A DNA stretch of 64,000 nt from Candidatus Latescibacterota bacterium. Its GTDB lineage: Bacteria; Latescibacterota; UBA2968. The stretch spans positions 2,784,001 to 2,848,000 of the forward strand of contig OZ242010.1 of assembly GCA_965204745.1 (NCBI GenBank). Direction: 5' to 3'. Made by a program: the position numbers and the translations under genes. Below the pieces are notes generated by a model. That model made no database searches. It was given only the letters and a program-made list of their open reading frames with translations, and was not told the origin of the DNA. Shown here piece after piece: positions 48,987 to 58,800 of the stretch (position 1 is its first letter; each line of letters begins with the position of its first letter).

Positions 48987-50567
48987 TCAGTTGATGGCAA
49001 TGACGCCATCGAGCAACAATTTGTAGGTCAAACTATCGACCAGCGCGATCCAACTGGCTTCGATGCTGTTTTCAGAAACGCCCACCGTATTCCAGACGCG
49101 CTGGCGGTCAGAGGATTCGATCAGCACGCGGGTTTTGGCCGCCGTGCCCTCTGCGCTGGACAACACGCGCACTTTGTAATCTTCGAGGCGCACGTCTTTG
49201 AGGGTGGGATACACGCTTTCAAGGGCTTGGCGCAAGGCCAAGTCCAAGGCATTGACCGGCCCGTTGCCTTCGCCTATCGTGTGGTAAATGCGACCGTCGA
49301 TCTCGAGTTTGACAATGGCTTCGACTTCAGAGCCGGCCATGTTCTTGCGGTTGATCGTGCGGTAGTGGATGAGTTTGAACGGGTTGCGAATGCTGCCCAA
49401 TACCCGCCGCGCGAGAATCTCAAACGAGGCTTCAGCCGCTTCAAACACATAGCCCTCGTGCTCGAGTTGCTTAATTTCTCGCAACAATTTTTGCACGGTG
49501 GGATGGCGTTTGTCCAAGCCCGGGATCAGGTGATCCAATTTTGCGGCAATCGCGCCCCCGCCCGATTGTTCCGACAGGAGAAACCTGCGCTCGTTGCCCA
49601 CCCATTCCGCGCTGCAATGCTCGTAAGTGGCGGGTTGTTTGAGCATGGCATCCACATGAACCCCGGCCTTGTGTGCAAACGCGCTTTCGCCCACGTACGG
49701 TTGGCGGTGGTCGTGGTACACATTGGCTATTTCGCTGACAAAGCGGGACAATTCCATGAGTTTTGTGAGATTTGCCGCGCCAATCGCTGTTTTGCCCAGC
49801 TTGAGCTCGATATTGGGAATGACCGAACACAGATTGGCATTGCCACAGCGTTCGCCGTATCCGTTGATCGTACCCTGCACGTGCATCGCCCCCATTTCGA
49901 GCGCGACAATGCTGTTGGCCACGGCCATGCCCGCGTCGTTGTGCGTGTGAATGCCCAGAGGCACGGTGAGTTCGCGCTGAACGGCCGCGATGATCTGCTG
50001 GATTTCGTAGGGCATCGTGCCGCCATTGGTGTCGCACAAGGCGATCACCTCTGCGCCGCCGGCCTGCGCGGCCTGCAAGGTGCTCAATGCGTATTCGGGA
50101 TCGGCTTTGTACCCGTCAAAAAAGTGCTCGGCATCGTAGATGACTTCCCTGCCGTTTTCCTTGAGCCACGCGCAGGAATCCGCGATGATCTGCAAATTTT
50201 CGTCGAGCGTTGCCCGCAGGACGTCGGTGACGTGCAGGGTCCAGCTTTTTCCAAAGAGCGTGACGACCGCTGTGCCGGCCCTGAGCAAGGTGGCGAGGGT
50301 CGGATCGTCTTCGGGCGGATTGCCCACGCGGCAGGTGCTGCCAAAGGCCACGATTTTGGCATTGCGAAATTCGCAGTCGCGCACGCGCTCAAAAAACTCG
50401 AGGTCCTTGGGATTGGTCGGATTCGGCCAACCGCCTTCGATGTAGTGAATGCCCATCGCGTCGAGACGCTGCGCGATCATGGCTTTGTCTTCAGCCGAAA
50501 ACGAAATGCCCTCGGCCTGCGCGCCATCTCGAAGGGTGGAGTCGTAAATTTGCACCAGTTCAGACAT
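48987..50567 (-). CDS. cimA: Citramalate synthase
   Basis: YDSTLRDGAQAEG, IEGGWP.NPKD, DAEHFFDG, CDTNGG, AFAHKAGVH. Confidence 0.93.
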   Translation of the reverse strand: MSELVQIYDSTLRDGAQAEGISFSAEDKAMIAQRLDAMGIHYIEGGWPNPTNPKDLEFFERVRDCEFRNAKIVAFGSTCRVGNPPEDDPTLATLLRAGTAVVTLFGKSWTLHVTDVLRATLDENLQIIADSCAWLKENGREVIYDAEHFFDGYKADPEYALSTLQAAQAGGAEVIALCDTNGGTMPYEIQQIIAAVQRELTVPLGIHTHNDAGMAVANSIVALEMGAMHVQGTINGYGERCGNANLCSVIPNIELKLGKTAIGAANLTKLMELSRFVSEIANVYHDHRQPYVGESAFAHKAGVHVDAMLKQPATYEHCSAEWVGNERRFLLSEQSGGGAIAAKLDHLIPGLDKRHPTVQKLLREIKQLEHEGYVFEAAEASFEILARRVLGSIRNPFKLIHYRTINRKNMAGSEVEAIVKLEIDGRIYHTIGEGNGPVNALDLALRQALESVYPTLKDVRLEDYKVRVLSSAEGTAAKTRVLIESSDRQRVWNTVGVSENSIEASWIALVDSLTYKLLLDGVIAIN

Positions 50568-50606
50568 GTGATTTTCCCAATGAGGAGACCTTGAACGGGT
50601 TGTCGC

Positions 50607-50960
50607 TAGGTCGTGTTGACATTTTATTTTTTCTGACGTTACACACAGATTAGCAACTGTGTTGCTTGCTGATTTAAGGCGTTTGGTCCTACAGCCTCGT
50701 TTGTTGCTTTCGATGCCTTCGGCGACCTACTTTTTTTCAGCAGCAAAAAAAAGTAGGCAAAAAATGCCGCTCTCAAACGCCGAGAGGCTTGCACAGCGCA
50801 AATCGCTTTTGTAATCGCACGACATGCGCCAACCTGCAAAGGGGGTTGCAACATGGATGTGGGTTGCGAGACGGCCTTGCGCGCTGTGCGTGATGGCTTG
50901 ATCGGAGGGGTTTTGCGAGAGCACTTGTTGTGATGCCTGCTTTGAACTGCGGAACGTCAG
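50607..50960. mobile_element. MITE-like repeat (~350 bp), followed by an IS5-like transposase remnant at 50961-51010
   Basis: Starts TAGGTCGTGTTGACATTTT; colinear with the copies at 37233 and 53205. Confidence 0.75.
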
Positions 50961-51020
50961 GGCTTGAGTTTCTCGATAAACCGCTCAAGCCGTTGCATGG
51001 CTCGTAAATCTCAACACAAC

Positions 51021-51614
51021 CTAAAAGCCCGCGACGTAAGGCAGTTTGGCGGCGACGGCGCGGGTGGCGTCTCGGGCTTCGAGGAGCATGCCCGTGGCGT
51101 CCCACGCGCCTTCGATGAGTTGCAGGCGGTTGCTTTCTGCGATTTGCAGATCGATTTCCAAAGTGCCAAATGTCAATTTTTTGTTTTGGAGATCGACCGC
51201 CATTTCCCGCTGCGGATGCGCGCCAACGGCATCTTGGATTGTTGCGATGTCCTCGGGCGGCGCGGTCAGACAAGGCATGCCCATCGCCGTGCAATTGCCG
51301 AGAAAAATTTCCGCAAAGGATTCGCCGACAATGGCCCGAATCCCCCAGCGCATCAGGGCTTGGGGCGCGTGTTCCCGAGACGACCCGCACCCGAAATTGG
51401 CATTGACGACGAGGATGGCCGCGCCCCGATAGGCCGGATTGTCAAACGGGTGATCGGGATTCGATTTGCGGTCGTCTTCAAATGCGTGTTCGCCCAAGCC
51501 ATCAAACGTAATGGCGCGCAGATAGCGCGCGGGGATGATGCGGTCCGTGTCGATATCGTTTCCCCGAACCGCAACCGCACGGCCCGTCGCGTTTTGAATC
51601 ACAGATAAATTCAT
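51021..51614 (-). CDS. leuD: 3-isopropylmalate dehydratase small subunit
   Basis: DIDTDRIIPARYL, NFGCGSSREHAP, SFAEIF. Confidence 0.96.
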   Translation of the reverse strand: MNLSVIQNATGRAVAVRGNDIDTDRIIPARYLRAITFDGLGEHAFEDDRKSNPDHPFDNPAYRGAAILVVNANFGCGSSREHAPQALMRWGIRAIVGESFAEIFLGNCTAMGMPCLTAPPEDIATIQDAVGAHPQREMAVDLQNKKLTFGTLEIDLQIAESNRLQLIEGAWDATGMLLEARDATRAVAAKLPYVAGF

Positions 51615-51639
51615 GAATATCCTCTTCCTGATATTGGTC

Positions 51640-51923
51640 TGAATCGCGGATTGGCGCGGATTAAGGGATTGCGCGGAATAACCCCACACCCCCACATCCG
51701 CTTAGACCCCCTACCCTCCTGAAAGGGGAATGCAAATGTTTTTTGCGAGGGATCACGCGAGGGTTTTGGGGGTTTATCGCATGCCCCACGCGCTTAAAGC
51801 CCCCAACCTATCCCGTGCGTTTATCTCTCAAGAAAGCCATGCTCCCCCTTTCCTTGAAGGCACAGGCGTAGCCTACAATGAGCGAAGCGAATAACGGGGG
51901 CCGGGGGGATAGGTCACACCGCC
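51640..51923. repeat. CGCGGAT-type short repeats, a palindrome-ended repeat, and copy 1 of a 50-bp direct repeat (51874-51923)
   Basis: Related to 19508-19774; the last 50 bp recur at 53567-53616 with one mismatch. Confidence 0.75.
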
Positions 51924-51939
51924 AGCGCGTTTGACCTCA

Positions 51940-53202
51940 TCACATCCCACCGCCCATAGTCGGATATCGTCTGTACTTATTCGAGAAAAATTGCGATAGC
52001 CTACCAATGCGGACATCGCGCAATTCTTTGGGCATGAGAAAGTCGTAGTCGAGAATGGCGATGATTTCGATCTCGCCATCCCCCACGACAACCACCATGT
52101 TTTCATACCAAGATGCCGAGGGGAATGTGCGGACTTGTGTCGGTTCGTTTTCGTATAATTTTGTCTTTTTGATTTTGTCGATCAAAAGAACGCCCGATGT
52201 TTCTTCGACAACCCAGCCAAAAGTGCCAATAAGCACCCGTTCTGCATCGGGGGTTGAAATCGCATAATCCGCAAGCCCGTTTTGCGTGCGTTGGAAATTA
52301 AACGCCCAATTGAAAGCCTGCACAGTGTGATGGTGCGACACGCCCACAGCCCGTTCTCTGCTACAGTAGAGCCGTTGCGGTCGTCCGATATCAAGCGCGA
52401 TTTCGCAAAAATGAGACTCCGCTTTTCCAGCGGGTAATCGCCGCCCCGTAGAATTTTTTCTCAAAATTTTGTCGCGTTCAAGATGGGCAAAATTGTCCGT
52501 CGCCTCATAGCCATTAGATACCGCCATCCAGATGCTGGTGTGAAAGTCAAAATCCGATGTTATCACGGCATCGCCCCAGTGCCAGCCGATGTGGTTTGCG
52601 GAAATGGGCACTGCCTCCTCCTCGCCAAATCCCACGCGCACCCGTTTTGACGAAATATCGCAAATGGGGACAACGTGCAACCACTCGGGCGACATGACCC
52701 ATAAGGACTGCGAATTTACACCAATAGAGAACGCACAATCGTCGAGTACCCGATAGATTCGAGAGCATTTTCCCTTCGCATGCCCCGGCCCTGCCTTGAC
52801 ATAACTGACCCCTTCTTCCCCTATCAGCCAGACGTGAGAACGGAAAAGTTCAATGGTGTGAAACCGCTCAGGCCCCAAGTCAAACTCATTGCGTTCATCT
52901 TCTTTGGGACAAAGAACAGTGCCATCCATCTGTTGCAAATTCTCAAGCAACACGTTCTTAAAGCCGTCATACTGTGCCCAATCCATGAGACACCTATCTT
53001 CATGGGCCAACGCATTGTTGGTCAACACCATAGCCGCCAACGGATCGGTCCCACTTTTATTCCGTGCCGGGAAAACGCGCTCTATCAACCTGTTCCAATC
53101 GAGCAGTTGCAACGTGTTCTCTGCGGTCAGAAGATAGAGGTGCCCCCGATAAAAAAACGCATCGAGATACGCGCCTGGCAATTTGAGTTTCAAAAACTGC
53201 AT
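51940..53202 (-). CDS. Uncharacterised beta-strand-rich protein (~420 aa)
   Basis: Long ORF, AT-richer than neighbours. Start MQFLKLKL abuts the MITE terminus; an alternative start at 53220 lies inside the MITE. Confidence 0.7.
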   Translation of the reverse strand: MQFLKLKLPGAYLDAFFYRGHLYLLTAENTLQLLDWNRLIERVFPARNKSGTDPLAAMVLTNNALAHEDRCLMDWAQYDGFKNVLLENLQQMDGTVLCPKEDERNEFDLGPERFHTIELFRSHVWLIGEEGVSYVKAGPGHAKGKCSRIYRVLDDCAFSIGVNSQSLWVMSPEWLHVVPICDISSKRVRVGFGEEEAVPISANHIGWHWGDAVITSDFDFHTSIWMAVSNGYEATDNFAHLERDKILRKNSTGRRLPAGKAESHFCEIALDIGRPQRLYCSRERAVGVSHHHTVQAFNWAFNFQRTQNGLADYAISTPDAERVLIGTFGWVVEETSGVLLIDKIKKTKLYENEPTQVRTFPSASWYENMVVVVGDGEIEIIAILDYDFLMPKELRDVRIGRLSQFFSNKYRRYPTMGGGM

Positions 53203-53204
53203 CT

Positions 53205-53562
53205 TAGGTCGTGTTGACATTTTATTTTTAGACCTGACGTTACGCACAGAGTAGCAAATGTGTTGCTTGCTCATTTAAGGCGTTTGGTCCTACAGCCTCG
53301 TTGGTTGCCTCCGATGCCTTCGGCGACTTACTTTTTTTCAACAGCAAAAAAAAGTAAGCAAAAAATGCCGCTCTCAAACGCCGAGAGGCTTGCACAGCGC
53401 AAAGCGCTTTTGTAACAGAACGATATGCGCCAGCCTGCAAGGTGGGTTGCATAATGGATGTTGGTTGCGAGACGGCCTTGCGCGCTGTGCGTGATGGCTT
53501 GATCGGAGTGGGTTTTGCTATGGCACTTATTGCGATGCCTTCTTTGAACTGCGAAACCTCAG
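53205..53562. mobile_element. MITE-like repeat (~355 bp)
   Basis: Colinear with 50607-50960. Confidence 0.75.
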
Positions 53563-53566
53563 TGAA

Positions 53567-53616
53567 TACAATGACCGAAGCGAATAACGGGGGCCGGGGG
53601 GATAGGTCACACCGCC
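53567..53616 (+). repeat. Copy 2 of the 50-bp direct repeat
   Basis: TACAATGA(C/G)CGAAGCGAATAACGGGGGCCGGGGGGATAGGTCACACCGCC. Confidence 0.95.
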
Positions 53617-53733
53617 GGCTCCGCATCCGCGTCGCCGGCCGCCAGTGCGTTCATGTACGCGAGGCACAGATCGCGGGACAAATACCGGCCATAGTCGGCG
53701 GTTTCTTGTTGCTCGACAATGGGGAATGTCGAA

Positions 53734-54813
53734 TAGGACTTACGCCAGGGTCATTGGTATCGCCGGTGTTTTGAGTTGTTGTCTCAAATAATCCTCCCAT
53801 AAGCCATGTTTGACTTGATAGATGGTTTGTCCAGTCTGATAGGCGACTTGGGTCAGTCGTCCCCAAACGAGAAAGGCACACGCGATGTGGTTTCGCACAA
53901 TGCGTGCCAATCGGCATTGACACTTTTCAAGCCCCGTTACCTGTTTTGCTTCCCGGTGAACTTGCTCAATCTTCCAACGCAAGTGGCACACCGCTTGTGC
54001 CACTGACGGGTCGGTTTGAGTCAAGTCGTTGGTTACGATATACGCCGTGCGTCTCGTCGCAGACGCGACCCGGAATACGTTCACCTTGTGGTTTTTAGGG
54101 AACCCTCTGAGTTTCATGCGTTTTCCTGTGGCCTGTTCGCGTTTTGTCCAAGTTAAGGCATCGACCCGTTGATAGGGGTTTTCACCTGACGAATCGTCCA
54201 CGAGGCGATTCTTTTTGATAGGACAGTAATAGGTCTTTTGCAAGTGCTCAATGTGAAGCATGACCGCTTTGGTGGCATACCAAGTATCCATCACCACTCG
54301 CTCAAAAGGCAGTTTTTTGTGATAGACCAAGAGTGACAACATCTCTTTGACGTGGTCTAACTTGGTTTTTCCATCCCCTTGCGGATCGTAAATGCGATAG
54401 TCAATCAGCCAAAACCGATCTTGAATCGGATTGACATACACACACGTCACCACACCGATCCCCGAGATGACCCCCTTCGCATTGCCACTGTATTGCCGAC
54501 GCACGAGAGCCATCTTTTTGGCATAGCGCTTATCTAAGACCGTGTCATCAAAGAGAATTACGCCCTTTGCGGTCGACGTGAGGTGGGGTTTGACGTTTTT
54601 CCAGATCACACGCGGCGAGACGCGATCCCCACCCAGATAGCGGTTGAGCATATCATGCGTGAACCGGTCGCTGTGATCTGCGAAATGAGTCAGGGTATAA
54701 TTGAGCGGACTGCTAAGCAGATACTGGCAGTAATCCAAGCGCGTTGGTTTCGCCATACAGACCTCCAAAGTGAGGATGGGGGTTCGATCCTGTTCTTTTT
54801 TGCGTAAGTCCTA
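53734..54813 (-). mobile_element. IS701 family insertion sequence (1080 bp)
   Basis: IRs TAGGACTTACGC / GCGTAAGTCCTA; TCGAA duplicated at 53729-53733 and 54814-54818. Confidence 0.93.
53740..54756 (-). CDS. IS701 family transposase
   Basis: LDYCQYLL, FDDTVLDK, RRQYSGN, MDTWYA, RWKIEQVHREAKQ. Confidence 0.93.
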   Translation of the reverse strand: MAKPTRLDYCQYLLSSPLNYTLTHFADHSDRFTHDMLNRYLGGDRVSPRVIWKNVKPHLTSTAKGVILFDDTVLDKRYAKKMALVRRQYSGNAKGVISGIGVVTCVYVNPIQDRFWLIDYRIYDPQGDGKTKLDHVKEMLSLLVYHKKLPFERVVMDTWYATKAVMLHIEHLQKTYYCPIKKNRLVDDSSGENPYQRVDALTWTKREQATGKRMKLRGFPKNHKVNVFRVASATRRTAYIVTNDLTQTDPSVAQAVCHLRWKIEQVHREAKQVTGLEKCQCRLARIVRNHIACAFLVWGRLTQVAYQTGQTIYQVKHGLWEDYLRQQLKTPAIPMTLA

Positions 54814-57800
54814 TCGAATAGACATAGCGCGCATCATCGCGGTCCGCAATGCCGTAGAGGTGAAAGAATACCGCGTCGAGTTGGGCGCGCAAACGCAGGC
54901 GGCGGTCCTCATCCCAAACAAAGGGCGGTCGCACCTCGCCCGATTCATCGACATAGCCCAAGTCGCGGGCGAAAGGGGCCATGTCATGCGCGGTGTACGC
55001 GAGTTCCAACACGGCTTCGCGGACGAGATCGCGGGCGGTTTTGGGGCCGAATCGGACAGACGCGAAGCGATCCGGGGCGATGACCGGGAGTTGCTCGATG
55101 ATGAACCAGTTCAAATGCTGACCTTGCACTTTTTGGCGCGTAACAAAATCGAATGCAAGGGCATTCAAATTGGCGGCCAGCAGATAGGCTTCCTTTTTGT
55201 ATGCTTGCACGGCGCCGTCTTCGGCGATAGGCAACAGAATGGGCAAACTGTTGCCAAAACCGGCGCGTGGCACGATAGCGGCAATCATCGTTCGCATATT
55301 GGTCGGGTTGGTAATTCCGCGGAAACCCAATGCCCAGCCGCTGCTCTGCGGAAAGGCCATCTCCACATTTTCCGCAGGAACATAGTATTGCGGTTGCGGG
55401 AGAAAGTCCAGATCCGCGTGTTGCCCCGCGCTGACTTCCTCGCTCAAATAGGGATTGTGCGTACTCTGAGGGTTGATGCGAACCGAGTTGGCGCGGTGGT
55501 CAAATTGCCAAATCATTCGGCCTTGGTACAGCGGTAGCCATTCCCCACTTGGACTATTGAAGCGATTGCCGCCGATGGGATACGCCCCTTCCCGCTCTTC
55601 CAATTCTTCCCGCGTGCGAAATAGTCCGGAGTCGTTGGTCATATCGAACATTCTGTTGTAGCGCACCGGCCAAGCGCGGCGTTCTTTGTCTCCTGCGTGA
55701 TCGACCAATACAGGATGGTGCTCGTAGATGCGGCGGGTGATCTCGGCATCCTTGCGGTTGCGAAAGACGGGGGCAGTGCCGGTGTTCGGATTCACGCGGG
55801 CGAAATCGTCCGGCGTCAGCGGGAAACAGCGTTGTGGATCGTCAATCGTTGCGATGTCGTGGAGGAAGAAGGCGCAGTGCGTCTCGGGGAATGTTCGTTT
55901 TTCGCCGCCGAATATTAGGGCGCAGAACTTGAACGAGGCGTGAATGTCTTTGAAGAAAATTTTCTTGTTCTCAAAATCGAATACACCAGCGACGTGCCCG
56001 GCCGTGGAGGCGGATTTGAAGAAGGGCGCCGCGGTCTTGTCCGCGTAGATGCCCGAGGGCGTGAGCAAGCCGATGATGCCATCCGGCTTTACGAGGCGCG
56101 TCGCCCGTTCCACGAACAAGGAGTAGAGGTTGATGTCGCCGCCGCCGAGCAGGGGATAGTCGCCGGAGGTGCGGACCAAGTGCGCGAGTTTGTCCGATTG
56201 CGCCTTGGCCGCGTCGAAGTGGGCGGCCAGTGGATCGTCCTGTTTGCGGAGCTTTTGGATGGCGGTGCGCCGCGCTGCTGCGGTTGGGGCGCGTGCCAAC
56301 TCGGGCGCGCGGCTCGCGAACCACTCGACCTCTTGCAACTTGATGCGATCCCACGGCGGATTGCCGATCACCGCGTCAAAGCCGCCTTCTGGCTGATTGC
56401 GTTGCCAGTTCTGCCACACGCCCGGGAACGCGGCCTCCCAGTGCAAGAAGTGCTCGCGGTGCGCGAGGGTCTTGGCCTCGTTCCAGAGCGCGGAAAAGCT
56501 CGACCATGCCGCGTCGCCGGTATCGGGCAGAAGGTCATGCATGCACTCCGGCCCCCTGGCCAAAAGCGCGTACGCACTGGCCTGCTGGCGGCCGAGCGTC
56601 GTAACGAGCGGCCCTTCTAGGGTGGCGCGGTTTTTTTCGCTCAGGCCCGCGCTTACCCAGCGCAAGCCGCAGAGGAAATCGAGCAAGCCGCGCAGGTCCG
56701 CGGTCGTCTCCTCCACTTGCCCGAACAGGGACGCGGACGCTCGCACCTCGGCCACATCCGCGTCGGACATGTCCTCAATGCGCTGCATGCCTTTGGTGGC
56801 GGTCTCGGCCCCGGCAATGGCACTGGCGGCGAACAGGCCGCCGAGTCGGCTCAATTCGTCGGTGGCCTCCTTGACGCGCATGCCCACGAGCGAATCCCCG
56901 CAGCGCAGATGGTGATCGAGAAAACTCAGCGGCGCGCCTGCGGTGAAGGTGTGCAACCACAGGGACACTTTGGCGAGTTCGACGACCATCGGGTTTTTAT
57001 CCACCCCGTAAATGCACCGCTTGAGCACCATGCGCCGGATGATGTGCCGGTCGTCGAGGCGTTCGGCGTCAATGGCCCAGCCATTTTTTTCAGCATTGCC
57101 CATAATCGTATCGCGGATGGCGTCAACGCGCTCGGTCAGCGGCGAGACATAGCCCGGTATCGCGTCTTCGGCCATCGCCGCGATCACGCGGTCCGCGAGA
57201 TAATCCACAAGCCCGGCCAAGAAGTGCCCGGATCCCATCGCCGGATCGCAGATTTTCAACTCGAGCAACCTCACCGCCGGATCGACGCGCTTGAGTTCGG
57301 CAATTTTGACCCGCTTGGCGCGGCGGCTTTTTTTGAGTTCTTTCACCTTGCTGGCAAAGGCATCTATGCGGGCCTGCACCAATGGGTCAAGCGTCTTTTC
57401 GATAATCAGGCGCACGAGCCCATCCGGCGTATAGTAGCTGCCCGATCCCTTGCGCGCAAAAATGTTTGGACGGATCACAACCCCATCGCCATCGCGCACG
57501 ACCTCGTGTTCGAGCAACCCCTCGTAGATCGATCCGAGTTGCTCAACACTCAGGTTGCGGTAATTGATATAGCGGCGGCCTTCGGGCATCTTCTCGAAGG
57601 ACAGGGCGTCGATCACATCGACCATGACCTGATCGCCGAGGCGGATATCGGACAGGAGCGGCGTGCGTTCGCGGTCGAACAGGCCCCCGTTGTACGGCGG
57701 CAGGCCAAGAGAGGAATCGCCCTTGTCGATGATCCGGCACAAATCGTCGATGGCGTGGTAGTAGCGGGCCGCAGTGCCCGAGACCGCATCGCCCCGTTCT

Positions 57801-58800
57801 TTCCGCGCGCGCACCTCGGCGCGCACTTTTCGCAGGCTGTAATCGTCGTAGCGGCTATCGCGCACGGGCAGCAGGTCGCGATCTTCGGCATAGAGGATGA
57901 ACAACAGGCGGTAGAGCAAGGTCAGGGCCGCGGCGCGTACGTCGGGCAACGGCGCGTCGGGCGCGGCTTGGACCATAACCCGAGCGAGTTGGGGAAAGAC
58001 TTCGTCGAAGACCAACCCGGAAACATTGTTGGCGACGCGCTCTTCGTAAAAACGCCCCTCGTCGAGCGCGTATTGGTGAAACGTGGGATCGCCGCCAAAA
58101 CTCTCTCGACGAAAGAACAGGACGAACAACTTCAAGCAGTGCCGTCTTTCTCCAGCGGAGAGATCGAAGAGTGCCGCGAGGTCGATCTCGAAAAACTGTT
58201 CCGACACGGAGCGGGCACCTTGGTAATAAAGCCGCCATTTCGCGCCATTGGTCAGGATGCCCCAGCGGAGCTTGCCCTGGGTCAGATCATCGACGCGCCG
58301 CAAATAGCGGAGCATCTGCGTTGAAGGCGCGGTCGTTTCGCCATCGCTTTGGCCTCGGCGGTCGAGGGGCATGTGCCAACGCTTGGACTCGACAATGGCG
58401 ATGCCAAACACATAGCGTTGCCATTCTCGGCGGTGTGTATTGGCGCGATCTTTTGTCTCGTCATCGACAAATAGCAGCCCATCGGGCACATCGGATCGCC
58501 CCCGAGGCGCGAGGTTTTGTTGCCGCAGGTGCGCGGTCCAACCGAGACGCCGCAGGATGGGCCAGATCAAATCGTCCTCGGTCTGCGTTTCATTCGGCGA
58601 TTGATCTGCGGGGAATCGGTCAAAAATTTCCCAAAACGCGCTGTCGATCCCGTCGATCATCCCATCGTCCAACGCGCGATAGGCGTCTGCGCGAATCGCT
58701 GTTTCCCGCAGAAAATCGTCGGCAAACAGGGTTCCGGAAAATAGACTGGCGAAAAAGTCGGTCATTATTTTTTTATCCGCGTTTATCTGCGCTTCGCCGT

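Larger units (their letters stand above)
53607..58765 (-). pseudogene. Type IIG (Eco57I-like) restriction-modification enzyme interrupted by IS701 40 codons before its stop
   Basis: PDGLLF..IVESK, WGILTNG, RKGSGSYYTP, CDPAMGSGHFL, GNPPW. Removing the IS and one TSD restores ...RYVYS-TFPIVEQQE...AYMNALAAGDADAEPAV* (1357 aa). Confidence 0.88.

Noticed and set aside
50639-50924. Small ORFs containing AAFFAYFFLLLKKS (also 53240-53626 and 37232-37459)
   Set aside because: These are translations of the dispersed repeat, and the frames are not preserved between copies.
54772-54795. GGTTCGATCC resembling a tRNA T-loop
   Set aside because: It lies inside the IS701 end and no cloverleaf can be formed.
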